DNA from: an uncultured Nitrospinota bacterium | Lineage (GTDB): Bacteria > Tectomicrobia > Entotheonellia > J063 > CAVPRW01 | Length of the DNA stretch: 64,000 nt | Assembly (NCBI GenBank): GCA_963707985.1 | Contig: CAVPRW010000045.1 | Coordinates: 128,001 to 192,000, forward strand | Direction: 5' to 3' | Part shown: positions 51,106 to 62,085 of the stretch, in pieces | How the letters are laid out: each line of letters opens with the position of its first letter | Numbering within the stretch: position 1 is the stretch's first letter | Translations under genes and position numbers: made by a program | Notes under the pieces: model-generated | Seen by the model: the letters and a program-made list of their open reading frames with translations, nothing else | Told to the model about the DNA's origin: nothing | Database searches by the model: none

Positions 51106-52110
51106 TCACAGGTTCATCATGCTGCTGTGGCCTGGGAAAGCTTTAGAATTGGGATGGATATAGGTTGACGCAAAGTTGACGGCGATTGCCGCTTCTCCCT
51201 GACCTGTGGTGATTAATTTGAGTTTGCCCTGATGTGTCACAGCATCGCCGGCAGCATAGACGCCGGGCAGGTTGGTCTCCATACGTTCGTTCACCTTTAT
51301 GGCATTGTTCTCAACAGCCAGGCCCCAGGTCTTCACGGGCCCGAGGTCAGCGAGAAACCCGAGGCTCAGAATGAGTTCATCGGCCTTGTAGTACGTCTCT
51401 TCGCCTGTCTTATTGTGAAAAATAGTGACTCCTTCGAGGTGGTCCCCCCCATGCACGGCCTTGAGCTCGTAAAAACATTTGACCTCTATTGGTGAGGTCA
51501 TGAGCTCCTGCACACTCTGCGGGTGCGCGCGAAATTGATCACGGCGATGGATGAGTGTGACCTCGCGAGCCATATCTTTAAGCATCAAGGCCCAATCCAC
51601 GGCAGAATCCCCACCGCCGACGATCATCACACGTTTCCGCGCAAAGGGTTCTTTCTCTTTCACGAAATAGTGGATGCCACGGCCTTCCAAGCGATCGATC
51701 TCTGGGAGATCCAGCTTCTTCGGTGCAAAGGCTCCGACTCCTACCGCCAGGACGATGGCGCGAGTCCAGTGTTCCGCTTTATCCGTGCGCAGGTGGATGA
51801 GCCGATCGTCGTGGTAGGTCAAATCAACGACTTTTTCCTCCAAGCAGACAGCTGGGTTGAACCGTAGGCCTTGCTCGACACAAGATTTGACGAGATCTTT
51901 TGCCAGGACCTTTGGATAACCCGCCACATCGTAGATGTATTTTTCCGGGTAGAGGGTAATGAGCTGGCCTCCCAGTTCTGCCAGACTATCGATAAGTTTC
52001 GCCCGCAGCCCACGAAGACCGGCATAAAACAGCCCGAATAAACCGACGGGTCCTCCTCCTAAAATTGTAATGTCGAAAATATCAATTTCCTGGGTTTCAT
52101 CGGCTCTCAA
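51106..52110 (-). CDS. Ferredoxin-NADP+ reductase (YumC/TrxB-type)
   Basis: GGGPVGL, LYPEKYIYDVAG, GGGDSAVDWA, GHSS tail; no CxxC; TTG start inferred. Confidence 0.85.
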   Translation of the reverse strand: MRADETQEIDIFDITILGGGPVGLFGLFYAGLRGLRAKLIDSLAELGGQLITLYPEKYIYDVAGYPKVLAKDLVKSCVEQGLRFNPAVCLEEKVVDLTYHDDRLIHLRTDKAEHWTRAIVLAVGVGAFAPKKLDLPEIDRLEGRGIHYFVKEKEPFARKRVMIVGGGDSAVDWALMLKDMAREVTLIHRRDQFRAHPQSVQELMTSPIEVKCFYELKAVHGGDHLEGVTIFHNKTGEETYYKADELILSLGFLADLGPVKTWGLAVENNAIKVNERMETNLPGVYAAGDAVTHQGKLKLITTGQGEAAIAVNFASTYIHPNSKAFPGHSSMMNL

Positions 52111-52208
52111 GGTGCACAATCCTTTCTTTATCACACATTGCAGGTAGTCTCGGTGTGTACCTGATATACAATGGGGGGATGCTGAAAGATGATCTTGGTG
52201 CAGTACGC

Positions 52209-53552
52209 TTATGAACCTATCAGACGACTGCGAATCAGCAAAACCTTCTGAGCCACCTCTATGGCATCCTGTCCCAGCACCCACACCATTCCCTCTTGAC
52301 CAATTGTGCCAAGCTCATAGACGATATCTGGGACGGTGCCGATCTTTTGAATCGCCTCGACTACGCGCCAAGTCACAGGTGATCCTTCCTTGCATTGCAC
52401 TGTACAGGGTTCACCATGAGATGATAGGTGAGCGCTGCGGAGATTCGCTGTCTGGCAGGCCTGCAGAATATCATCGCGGTAGCGAATGTTCATCGCGCTT
52501 CGATACTTGGGATCAACGCGCATGGCCGCGAGAATCATCGTGGCCACATGCCGAGAAGCGCCGAAGCGGAGACTTCCCAGAGGATGAATATCTTTACCCA
52601 CACGCACGATACGACCTTCCCACGCTGCTACCTCCAGTAGCGTGGTCGCTTGCGGCAGGGCCAGCCCGAGATTCGATTGGACCTCAGGAATCAGCGCGGC
52701 GATCCCACCCTCCCGTAGTTGCGTCACCGCTTCCTCTAACTGCAAGATGATGTCGTAGCGAGCCGCTTGACGGTACAGGGCGCCAAAATGATGTGTGGGC
52801 CCAAAGCCATGCCCGATAGGCTCGGCTAGACGAATCGCGGTGGTAATGAAGGCCTTTGCGTGGCGTACAGCCTCGATCACCTCTGCTCCCTTGGCCAGCT
52901 CTGCAGCAATGGCCGAGGCAAATGTACAGCCAGTCCCGTGCAGGCTCTTGGTCTCGATCCGCTCCTCTTCAAAGTATTGAAACCTTTGCCCATCGAAGAA
53001 GACATCAACCGGTGGCCCAGTAAGATGTCCCCCCTTGACCACCACATGCCGTGACCCTTTAGCGTGGATGCGGCGCGCCGCCTGCTCCATCTCCTCCACA
53101 TTGCGGATCGATAGGCCAGCCAAGACCTCAGCCTCCCCCAGGTTTGGGGTGACCACATATGCCAGCGGCAGGAGTCTCTCGATCAGCTCGGCTTCTGCCT
53201 CCTTGCGGAGCAGAGCTGCACCGCCCTTGGCCACCATGACGGGGTCAACCACCAGCTTCTCCACGCCAAGGGCTTGCAGACGCTCGCTGATGGCACGGAT
53301 GATCAGAGGATTGGATAACATGCCAGTCTTGACGGCATCGATCGGGAAGTCGTGCATCACGGTGTCGAGCTGAAGGGTAATGAACTCCGCCGGTAGATCG
53401 TGAATCCCTGTGACCTCCAGCGTGTTTTGCGCGGTCACCGACGTAATCACAGAGGCGCCGTAGACGCCAAGCGCCGCGAACGTCTTCAGGTCTGCTTGGA
53501 TGCCCGCTCCACCGCCGGAATCGGAACCAGCGATTGTCAAGGCTATCGGCAT
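52209..53552 (-). CDS. thiDN: HMP/HMP-P kinase fused to a ThiN thiamine-phosphate synthase domain
   Basis: [24 protein letters not shown]-terminal [25 protein letters not shown]. Confidence 0.85.
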   Translation of the reverse strand: MPIALTIAGSDSGGGAGIQADLKTFAALGVYGASVITSVTAQNTLEVTGIHDLPAEFITLQLDTVMHDFPIDAVKTGMLSNPLIIRAISERLQALGVEKLVVDPVMVAKGGAALLRKEAEAELIERLLPLAYVVTPNLGEAEVLAGLSIRNVEEMEQAARRIHAKGSRHVVVKGGHLTGPPVDVFFDGQRFQYFEEERIETKSLHGTGCTFASAIAAELAKGAEVIEAVRHAKAFITTAIRLAEPIGHGFGPTHHFGALYRQAARYDIILQLEEAVTQLREGGIAALIPEVQSNLGLALPQATTLLEVAAWEGRIVRVGKDIHPLGSLRFGASRHVATMILAAMRVDPKYRSAMNIRYRDDILQACQTANLRSAHLSSHGEPCTVQCKEGSPVTWRVVEAIQKIGTVPDIVYELGTIGQEGMVWVLGQDAIEVAQKVLLIRSRLIGS

Positions 53553-53594
53553 GGTCATTCCTCCGCACACTTCCTCTTGAGATTAGTCCGATAG

Positions 53595-54329
53595 CTAGCG
53601 AAATTGGGCGTAACCCATGGGATTCATATGCTTGCGTTTGAGCTGGACCCCTTCGTGCGTGATCTCGAACGGCATCCAGTCGACGGGATGCTCGGTGGCA
53701 AACATCTTCATGATCCGCAGCTCGCGTCCAGCTTCGCCGAGGCGCAGTTCGATGACATTATCGTGGTATTGGCGCAGCATGGCTTCCGCCTGTGGATCTT
53801 GCAATTCGCGACTAACGCAGCGCACCCCAGTGATGCCATGCTTCATGGCCCATTCCTTGGACCACTCTAGGGTACGAATCACCTCTTCAAATCCGCCACG
53901 GATCAAGTTTAGGGATTCATTGTCGGAGACGATTCTAGTCGTCGGTGAGGATCGACTGAGTTTGAGCGTCTCGTCATAAAAGACTCGCGTCATCTGTGCC
54001 GATGGGCGGCCCGCCACATAGGTCACCTGCGGATCACCAGGCGTGCTGTAGCGGGGAAAGAGCTGGCGAAAACGAATTTGCTGTGACTTTTCGAATGGAT
54101 CAATGTCCCAGCCGAACGAGCGGAAGTAGGTACGCAGGCTTTCGACAGGATGGTCGGTGACCTCATAGATACATGCTTCACCTGCACACAAGCCCTGCCA
54201 GGTGAATTCCATGCCAATGATCGTTTTCCCGCTACCGTTCTCTCCGAAGATGAGCGTCCAAGTGCCTCGGGGCAAGCCTCCGGCGATAAGCTCATCGAGT
54301 CCTTTTATCCCGCTTGGCGTTCGATCCAT
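53595..54329 (-). CDS. Single-domain KaiC/RAD55-like ATPase
   Basis: SGIKGLDELIAGGLP, GENGSGKT, LRIMKM..PFEI. Confidence 0.8.
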   Translation of the reverse strand: MDRTPSGIKGLDELIAGGLPRGTWTLIFGENGSGKTIIGMEFTWQGLCAGEACIYEVTDHPVESLRTYFRSFGWDIDPFEKSQQIRFRQLFPRYSTPGDPQVTYVAGRPSAQMTRVFYDETLKLSRSSPTTRIVSDNESLNLIRGGFEEVIRTLEWSKEWAMKHGITGVRCVSRELQDPQAEAMLRQYHDNVIELRLGEAGRELRIMKMFATEHPVDWMPFEITHEGVQLKRKHMNPMGYAQFR

Positions 54330-54336
54330 AGCATCC

Positions 54337-54825
54337 TCACTTATGTGTCCATTTCTGGATGGTGTCAAAGCGAACGCCGCCAAGCTGGTACAGTTTCTCT
54401 TTGTCGAAAATCATTTCCTCACGGCTATAGCCCGCCAGCTCGAAATGTTTGGTCAGGAAGATGGCCTCCTCCGGACAGACATCTTCGCAAAAGCCACAGT
54501 AGATGCAGCGCAACATATCGATATCAAAGGCGATGGGGTATTTCTCGACGTTACTTCCCTGGAGCTCTCCCCCGACGATGGTAATGGCTTGCGGAGGGCA
54601 GATCTCCTGGCAAAGAAAGCAGGCCACGCACTTTTCTCGGCCGTTTTGATCCGTGACTAGGGCCGGGGCCCCTCGATAGTTGGGGGGAAGCTCCCAGCGC
54701 TGTTCGGGGTATTCCATCGTCACCTTCGGTCGGAACAGGTGACTGAACGTCAGCTTGAGGCCACGGAGGATCTCTGGAATATATAAGCGCTCGGCCCACG
54801 TGAGGTCTTCCTGATGATCAGCCAT
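54337..54825 (-). CDS. nuoI: NADH-quinone oxidoreductase subunit I
   Basis: TMEYPE, CVACFLCQEICP, CIYCGFCEDVCP. Confidence 0.88.
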   Translation of the reverse strand: MADHQEDLTWAERLYIPEILRGLKLTFSHLFRPKVTMEYPEQRWELPPNYRGAPALVTDQNGREKCVACFLCQEICPPQAITIVGGELQGSNVEKYPIAFDIDMLRCIYCGFCEDVCPEEAIFLTKHFELAGYSREEMIFDKEKLYQLGGVRFDTIQKWTHK

Positions 54826-54883
54826 GATGAACAGTTCTCCTGGCAAGGTGCCTGACGGTAGCGCGGGGCTCCCCTCGTGGCCA

Positions 54884-55126
54884 TCACTGTACCATATGGC
54901 ACAGCGTACAAGGCCCTAAGTCGCGATGTGGCATCAACGGGGCATTTACACCCTGCAGATGACAGGCGATACAGGCTTCGCGGCTGAGGGTGCCTTGGTG
55001 TTGAGGAATGGCAGAAAGCGCCGGAGCAGCATGCCAAAATGCCCAGAGGAACCCGACGAACATGAGTCCACCGCACACCAGAAGAATCATCCAGAAAATT
55101 CGCCGGCTGGCGGCTTCACTCGGCAT
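54884..55126 (-). CDS. Small membrane-anchored diheme c-type cytochrome
   Basis: TM helix, CIACH and CTLCH, each preceded by a candidate distal His. Confidence 0.7.
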   Translation of the reverse strand: MPSEAASRRIFWMILLVCGGLMFVGFLWAFWHAAPALSAIPQHQGTLSREACIACHLQGVNAPLMPHRDLGPCTLCHMVQ

Positions 55127-55390
55127 TGAATTAAGGCCACCTGTGGATGATGCAGCTGCCGGCGTGAGGCTGATAATGCAGCGGGCGGTCGAGCCCGGTC
55201 TTCCGGCGGCTCAGGTTCAGGCAACGGGCCACAGCTAGAAAGCCACTACTACTGCCAACGGTGGGTAGCCTAACACATGTCTCGGGCTATGTAAAGGAAG
55301 GGCAGACCCTGCGATCTAACGTACAGGGCCTGCATCAGGTAGGCGTCAGGCCTTCGTGGCACTCCTCTCGCGAGGCACCGACCTCTGCAG

Positions 55391-55855
55391 CTAGAACTCG
55401 GAGAGCTGTAGGAGGCTTCCATGCTGCTGTACGGGCGGCGCAGGTTCTTGTCCATTGCTGGATGCGGTGAGAGCAACCATCAGGCGATCGAGATCGACGC
55501 CATAACTCATTGCCGCCTGCTCAATAGTATGCTCTTCATTGATGGCGCAGGAGCTGCAACCACCGAGGTGGAATTGGGCCAGAATATCACGCACACGGGG
55601 ATCAATCGCGATAGCCTCAGCAATCTTCATGGAGGGTTCAAAGAGAGGGCCACCAGATTGCCGCCGCATCAAGCTTCGGACTGCCTGTAGCTCCTTCTGC
55701 ACAGTGCTTTCCAGTTCATTCAGTCGGGCCTGTGCCAAATAGAGACGGCGTTGCGCATCGCGCAGCATGTCTCGCATATATCGCTGCCGGAAGAAAGTGA
55801 TAGTGGAGATGCCCAAGGCGACACAAACAGTTAGCACGATCAGCACGGTCATCAT
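55391..55855 (-). CDS. TM-coiled-coil protein with DUF1858-like Cys domain
   Basis: FHLGGCSSCAINEEHTIEQAA. Confidence 0.55.
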   Translation of the reverse strand: MMTVLIVLTVCVALGISTITFFRQRYMRDMLRDAQRRLYLAQARLNELESTVQKELQAVRSLMRRQSGGPLFEPSMKIAEAIAIDPRVRDILAQFHLGGCSSCAINEEHTIEQAAMSYGVDLDRLMVALTASSNGQEPAPPVQQHGSLLQLSEF

Positions 55856-55875
55856 AGCCTCTCTCCAGGAGCGTT

Positions 55876-57288
55876 CTAATCCTTATTACCCGAGAGCTCC
55901 CACAAAATTACACCTGGTGAAAACTGGCTACGTTGCAGGCGCTGTTTTAGCAGCAACACCTTCTCGCTTTCCGTCTGGAAGGGATCATTGAACCGAACCC
56001 AGAAGTTCATCAAATGCCCAAACCGAATGTAGTTCCAATCGAGGTCGTAATGGATCTTTTGTTCCTTGGCCAGTTTGATGAGTTCGCCGCGCAGCTTCGC
56101 ACGGGTGTTGGGGGGTGGGCACGAAGTCGCCGTTCGCACCTCATCATCAGTAATGATGCGCGCGATATTCCCTTGCTGGGCCAGAAGATAATAGATGCCT
56201 CGTTTGACGTGGATGTCGTGATATTGGAGGTCGAGCATCAGGATTTTGTCGGTGGCTGCCTCGGTGCCGCGTCGCTGCATGTACTGCCCGAACCAATAGC
56301 GCTTGATCACCCAGTCGATTTCCCGCCGCAGCAACATGGGATCAGTTTCGAGGCACTCTAGCACATGTTCCCATTTGCTCAAGATGTCGCGCGTTTCCTC
56401 ATCGGCCTCATGCACGGAAAAATAGGTTTGCGCCAGGTGCAAATATTCGCGTTGGATCTGCAACGCCGTCATGGTGCGCCCATCACTCAACGTGAGGGGA
56501 ACCGACATGTCGGGATACTGCGAGATCTCTTGCAAGGCGCGAATTGGCTCTTTGAGGGAAAAGTCCTTGGTGATGAAATTCGCCTCGATCATTTCAAGCA
56601 CCACCGCAGTCGTGCTCATTTTCAACAAGGTGGTATATTCTGACATGTTGGAGTCGGCAAAGGTGATATGCAAACGTCGGTAACGCTCTTTATCGGCGTG
56701 TGGCTCATCGCGTAGGTTAATGATGCCGCGTTCATTGGTTGTCGTCCCGGATAGCTCCTGGCGGATGTATGGCGCGCGCTGCGAGAGGTGGAACGAGATG
56801 CCATTCTTGTCCCGCACGTACCGCCCAGCACCGCAGAAGATTTGTCGAGTCACCAGGAAGGGAATCAACTGCTCTGCCAGTTGATAGAAGTCGACGGATC
56901 GGCTGACCAGGTAGTTCTCGTGACACCCATACGAATTGCCCACGGAGTCCGTGTTGTTCTTGTAGATATACAGGCTTCCAACCAACCCTTCCTCGCGAAG
57001 TTTTACCTCCGTGCAGCTCAACAGGCCTTCGAGGATACGCTCACCTGCCTTGTCATAGGCCACGACATCGTGTGGACTAGCACACTCAGGGGTGGCGTAT
57101 TCGGGATGTGAGCCCGTGTCGAGATAAAAGCGTGCACCATTCTCGAGGAAGGCGTTGAGATGACCTTCGACTGTAGCCAGCTCTTCGAATAAATAACGAA
57201 CCGCCTTCTCAGTGGACGAGGTGCGAGCTCCCTGACTTGAGTAAATGATGCCATATTCGTTTTCTAATCCGTAGATGCGTCGCTTCAT
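55876..57288 (-). CDS. pafA: Pup-protein ligase (PafA family)
   Basis: RRIYGLENEYG, NGARFYLDTGSHPEYATPEC, KNNTDSVGNSYGCHENY, RDEPHAD, DLQYHD, TRAKLRG. Confidence 0.85.
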   Translation of the reverse strand: MKRRIYGLENEYGIIYSSQGARTSSTEKAVRYLFEELATVEGHLNAFLENGARFYLDTGSHPEYATPECASPHDVVAYDKAGERILEGLLSCTEVKLREEGLVGSLYIYKNNTDSVGNSYGCHENYLVSRSVDFYQLAEQLIPFLVTRQIFCGAGRYVRDKNGISFHLSQRAPYIRQELSGTTTNERGIINLRDEPHADKERYRRLHITFADSNMSEYTTLLKMSTTAVVLEMIEANFITKDFSLKEPIRALQEISQYPDMSVPLTLSDGRTMTALQIQREYLHLAQTYFSVHEADEETRDILSKWEHVLECLETDPMLLRREIDWVIKRYWFGQYMQRRGTEAATDKILMLDLQYHDIHVKRGIYYLLAQQGNIARIITDDEVRTATSCPPPNTRAKLRGELIKLAKEQKIHYDLDWNYIRFGHLMNFWVRFNDPFQTESEKVLLLKQRLQRSQFSPGVILWELSGNKD

Positions 57289-57373
57289 CGGAGCAACCGC
57301 TCCTCTTGCCGCACGGCCGATCGTTTCCTCGTCGCCCCGTGCAGGCGGGAGCGATGAAGAGCGCTAGCGTGCG

Positions 57374-59395
57374 TTACAGGGCCTTGGCAACGATCTCGGC
57401 GAGATCCTGCACGGCCAAGGATTCCTCAACATGGACCCCGCGAATGCCGTCCTCAAACATCTGAAGGCAGAAGGGGCATGCACTTCCGATCACGTCTGCT
57501 TTCGTGTGCACGGCCTCCTCAGTCCGCATAAAATTGACTTTGCGCGGACTGTTCTCATCCATCCAGGCGTGACCACCGCCTGCACCACAGCATAATCCCC
57601 GTTCACGATTATGCTCCATCTCCACCGTTTTCACACCCGGAATCTGCTGCAGAATGTCGCGCGGTGCTTGGTAGATGCCGTTGTGCCGTCCCAGATAGCA
57701 TGAGTCGTGATAGGTAATGGTTTGTGTGATCGACTTGGTCAGCTTCAGCTTTCCTTCCCGCAAGAGGTGCTCGACAAATTGGGTGTGGTGGATCACCTCA
57801 AAACTACCGCCAAATTGAGGGTATTCGTTCAGTAACGTATTAAAGCAGTGGGGGCATTGGGTCAAGATTTTTTTTACGCCATACTGCTGTAGCGTCTCGA
57901 TGTTGCGCTGGGCCAACATCTGAAATAAATATTCGTTGCCCAGCCGCCGGGCTGGGTCGCCTGTGCACACCTCTTCTTCTCCCAAGACGGCGAAGTCGAC
58001 CCCCGCTGCTTTCAGGATCGTTGCCATGGCCTGCGTCACTTTCATGTTGCGGTCCATCAGTGCTCCGGTGCAGCCCACCCAGAAGACGTACTCTGCACCA
58101 CCCTTCTCCGACAGGACAGGGATGTCGAGGCCTTCCATCCAATTCGTACGTGTGTAAGGTGTACCGCGCCAGGGATGTGAGCGTTGTTCCATGCTGCGCA
58201 GCGTTTGTTCGACCGTTTCTGGCATACGAGCTTCATTCATCACCAGGTGACGACGCATATCGACAATGGTATCGATGTGCTCGATCATCACCGGGCACTC
58301 CTGCACGCAGGCGCCACACGTGGTGCAGGCCCATAAAGTGTCATCCTGGATGACATCCCCCACCATCCGTCGCGCCTCTGCACCATTTCCACCAGTCCCA
58401 GCAACCGGAGTCACTGCTACTTCATGCATATAGTTCCGCAGGTCTAAAATGACCTGCTTTGGCGATAAAGGCTTACCACTGTTATAGGCCGGGCAGCGTG
58501 CCTGGCAGCGGCCGCAGGCCGTACAGGCATCGAGATCGAGGAGCTGTTTCCAGGTGAAATCCTGCAGGTGAGCGGCCCCAAAACTTTCCGCCTCTTCGAA
58601 GTTGGGAATCGGTTCGAGTACCCCTTTGGGCTTGAGGTCCGACAGGAAGGCATTGATCGGCGCCGAGATCATATGAAACAGCTTCGCTGAATAGGGGATG
58701 TACGCCAGAAAGCCAAAGATCAACACCATATGGAACCACCACCAGAAGCGATGCCAGATCAGGAAGGTCTCCGGAGTAAAGCCCACCGTGGCGGCAAGCT
58801 TGGCGATCGCCAACCCACCGGGAGACCACACCGCCCAGCCGGGATGTTGAGCGAGCTCGGTGGCGCCGATGCGCATACCTTCGACCAGGAAGCCGGTGAA
58901 GAATACGATAAACAGGATGAGCAACGCCAAACCGTCATCGGGCGTGTCGGTGAGACGCTCCACCTTGCGCAGGTAGCGACGTTCCGCCGCCATGATGAGG
59001 CCGATGATGCCCAGTACACCGAAAATGTCGAGCACCAGGCTATAATACAGGTAAAAATCACCCCATAGGAACACGCGGCCGAGGTCCACCTGCAGGGCGA
59101 TGAGCGCGGTGCCGATAAATTCCACCACAAAGGCTGAGAAAATAAACAGATGCATCAGCCCGGGGTAGGCATCTTTGAGCAAGCGCTGATGGCCAAAGCC
59201 GTGTCCAAAGAGCGCCTTGACGCGGTCCCACGGCCGATCCAGCCGCAAGGCTGGTTTGCCCTGTCGCCACAGGCGGTAATGCCGGTAGCATCCCCATCCA
59301 AACGCCACCGCCATGGCCATCGCAAAGATATACACCAACCAGCCATAGGCGATATTGCCGAAGATGACTCGTGTGGGTTCACCACTCGGAATCAT
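57374..59395 (-). CDS. Membrane Fe-S oxidoreductase (NarI-like TM plus 4Fe-4S plus CCG; FadF/HdrD-like)
   Basis: CTACGRCQARCP, CTTCGACVQECP, CPHC, YHDSC, CCGAGGG. Confidence 0.85.
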   Translation of the reverse strand: MIPSGEPTRVIFGNIAYGWLVYIFAMAMAVAFGWGCYRHYRLWRQGKPALRLDRPWDRVKALFGHGFGHQRLLKDAYPGLMHLFIFSAFVVEFIGTALIALQVDLGRVFLWGDFYLYYSLVLDIFGVLGIIGLIMAAERRYLRKVERLTDTPDDGLALLILFIVFFTGFLVEGMRIGATELAQHPGWAVWSPGGLAIAKLAATVGFTPETFLIWHRFWWWFHMVLIFGFLAYIPYSAKLFHMISAPINAFLSDLKPKGVLEPIPNFEEAESFGAAHLQDFTWKQLLDLDACTACGRCQARCPAYNSGKPLSPKQVILDLRNYMHEVAVTPVAGTGGNGAEARRMVGDVIQDDTLWACTTCGACVQECPVMIEHIDTIVDMRRHLVMNEARMPETVEQTLRSMEQRSHPWRGTPYTRTNWMEGLDIPVLSEKGGAEYVFWVGCTGALMDRNMKVTQAMATILKAAGVDFAVLGEEEVCTGDPARRLGNEYLFQMLAQRNIETLQQYGVKKILTQCPHCFNTLLNEYPQFGGSFEVIHHTQFVEHLLREGKLKLTKSITQTITYHDSCYLGRHNGIYQAPRDILQQIPGVKTVEMEHNRERGLCCGAGGGHAWMDENSPRKVNFMRTEEAVHTKADVIGSACPFCLQMFEDGIRGVHVEESLAVQDLAEIVAKAL

Positions 59396-59456
59396 GCGTA
59401 TCATCCCCCCTCGAGACCGGGCACTTGCGATGCGACATCGCCCCCGGACCGTCGGC

Positions 59457-60728
59457 TCAGCCGAGGGTGCGCGGATCGGTGATCTCTCCGGAGATGGCGC
59501 TGGCTGCCGCCACATAGGGATTCGCCAGATATACCTGGCTATCGACATGCCCCATTCTGCCACGGAAGTTGCGATTGGTGGTCGAAATGCACACCTCTTT
59601 TGAGCCTAATACTCCGAGATGCAGGCCAGCGCAGGCGCCACAGGTGGGAGGAGTGACGGTGGCCCCTGCGGCCAGAAACGTTTCGACGAGGCCCTCGCGA
59701 ACGGCATCAAGATATATCTGGTGGGTGGCCGGGGTGATAATGACCCGCGTGTGCTTCGCGACCCGCTTGCCGGCCAGAATCCCGGCGGCTTGCCGCAGAT
59801 CATCGATCTTGCCGTTGGTGCACGAACCGATAAACACTTGGTCGACTTTCACGCCTTGCACCTCATTCACTGGAAACACATTACTCGGGAGAAATGGTAT
59901 GGCAACCAAGGGGCGCCAGTGCCGAGGCATCCCAACGGTAGGCGTGATCGTACTCGGCGTCTGTATCACTATTATAAGCCGTCCATGGTCGCGTCACACC
60001 ATGATCGTGGAGGTAGGCTTGCGGTGGTGGCATCGACCTCGAAGACGCCGTTCTTGCCGCCTGCCTCGACGACCATATTGGTCACTGTCATGCGATCTTC
60101 CATCGGCAGCGAGCACATCGCCTCGCCGGTGAACTCCATGGCCTTATATCTAGCTCCGTCCAGTCCAATCTGGCCGATGATGAACAGAATCAAATCTTTG
60201 CCGGTGACCATCGGTTGCAATCTGCCAGTCAGCTCAAATTTGATCGTCTCAGGGACACGTAACCAAGTTTCTCCGAGAGCCAGGGCGGCAGCGATATCGG
60301 TGGTGCCCATGCCGCTGGCAAAGGTCCCAAAGGCACCGTAGGTACAGCTGTGGGAGTCCGCCCCGACGATTAATTCCCCAGGGGCAATTAAACCTTGCTC
60401 GGGCAACAGCACATGTTCGATGCCCCCACTGCCTTCGGGGAAATAGTGGACGATATTCTGCTCCTTGGCCCATTGCCGTAGCACGTAGGATTGCTCCGCG
60501 CTCCGAATGTCAGCGCTGGGCGCAATATGACTGTGCACCGCTGCTACACGCGTGGCATCGAACACCTGCTGCGCCCCCATGCGCTCCATGATCTTGAAGG
60601 TCATTGCCCCCATCAGATCGTTGATCATCACCAGGTCGACTGATGGCATTGACCAACTGGCCTGCCTTCACTTCGTCTCTACCACAGTGTGCTGCAATGA
60701 TCTTCTCGGTGATTGTGCTGCTCATCAC
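59457..60728 (-). CDS. leuC: 3-isopropylmalate dehydratase/homoaconitase large subunit, several frameshifts
   Basis: TITEKII, GADSHSCTYGA, FIGSCTNG, CGACAG, STTNRNFRGRMG split across frames. Confidence 0.8.
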
Positions 60729-60885
60729 ACGTTCCCCTTTGCCCTCGGCTGCGGCTGAATACAGCTATGTGCCCTGGAGTTTCGGTACCCACAATGCGTG
60801 CGATATCGATGATCAAATCGCCATGATCAGCGTTCGAGTCTTCGGCCCCGGACTCTTTCCCAGCTTCCCTCGCCCCCGCCACGGC

Positions 60886-61980
60886 CTACCGCGAGGTGAC
60901 GACTGTCATCGACTGGAAACCGCCCTGCGCCGCAAAAAAGTTCTGCGTGCTGACCCGCGCTGCCACCTGGCCTGCCACCTCGTGGAACTGCTGCGTTTGC
61001 GGCGAATCAGGGGCCTTCACGACAAGGGGTTCGCCGGCATCACCGCCGACCGGGATGGCCGGATCGATGGCGATTTCGCCAAGGAACGGAATCGACAGGC
61101 GCTGGGCTGCGGCCCGTCCCCCGCCGTATTTGAAGATTTCGGTACGCTCTTGGCAGTGCGGACAGATGAAATAACTCATATTTTCGACGATGCCGAGGAT
61201 GGGGATTTTCACCTTCTCGAACATACCAATAGCCTTGAGGACATCCGACAGCGCTACATCCTGTGGTGTGGTGACGATGACCGCTCCCGTCACTGGCACC
61301 GATTGACACAGCGTCAGTTGGGCATCCCCGGTCCCAGGTGGCAGGTCAACCACCAAATAATCCAGTTCTCCCCACTCCGCACCGCGGATCAACTCCTGGA
61401 CGGCCTTCCCGACCATGGGACCGCGCCACACTACTGGTGTATTGAGGTCCAAGAAGAAGCCAATGGACATCACCTTTACACCATGATGCACCGGCGGCAA
61501 GAAGTGTCCGTCGGATTCTCGTGGCTTCTCCGTTACCCCCATCATCATGGGAATACTTGGGCCGTAGATGTCGGCGTCCAATAGGCCCACTTGGGCGCCC
61601 GTCTGTGCCAGTGCTACTGCCAGATTGGCCGCCACCGTGGATTTCCCCACGCCACCCTTACCGCTTGCCACGGCGATGATATTCCGCACGCCAGGGAGGG
61701 CGCCCTGCGCCGACGCGGAGCTATGGGCCCGCACGTTGGACGTGAGCTGCATCTCGACCTGTTCGACCCCTGGCACGCTCATGACGGCCTGGCGGGATTC
61801 CTGTTCGATGCGCTCTTTCAGTGGACAGGCGGGGGTCGTTAGCTCGATGGTAAAACTCACATGGGAACCGTCGATCACGAGCTCTTTGATCATGTTCAGC
61901 GCGACGAGATCACGGCCGAGTTCGGGTTCCTTGACGGTGCTCAGGGCCGCCATTACCTGGTCTCGGGTCGGTATTGCCAC
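60886..61980 (-). CDS. apbC: Mrp/NBP35 Fe-S cluster carrier
   Basis: LTTPACP, SGKGGVGKST, DLPPGTGD, ENMSYFICPHC. Confidence 0.92.
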   Translation of the reverse strand: MAIPTRDQVMAALSTVKEPELGRDLVALNMIKELVIDGSHVSFTIELTTPACPLKERIEQESRQAVMSVPGVEQVEMQLTSNVRAHSSASAQGALPGVRNIIAVASGKGGVGKSTVAANLAVALAQTGAQVGLLDADIYGPSIPMMMGVTEKPRESDGHFLPPVHHGVKVMSIGFFLDLNTPVVWRGPMVGKAVQELIRGAEWGELDYLVVDLPPGTGDAQLTLCQSVPVTGAVIVTTPQDVALSDVLKAIGMFEKVKIPILGIVENMSYFICPHCQERTEIFKYGGGRAAAQRLSIPFLGEIAIDPAIPVGGDAGEPLVVKAPDSPQTQQFHEVAGQVAARVSTQNFFAAQGGFQSMTVVTSR

Positions 61981-62085
61981 ACGTCACCCCCTCTAGTCTA
62001 TCAACGCATCCCTTGGCCCGATGGCGATCCGTCAACGCGATACATCACCCAAAGCATACGCGACCCTGCGCCATTGCAGTGATCA

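Noticed and set aside
53595..54329. Circadian clock kaiC
   Set aside because: Single domain, with no kaiA or kaiB nearby.
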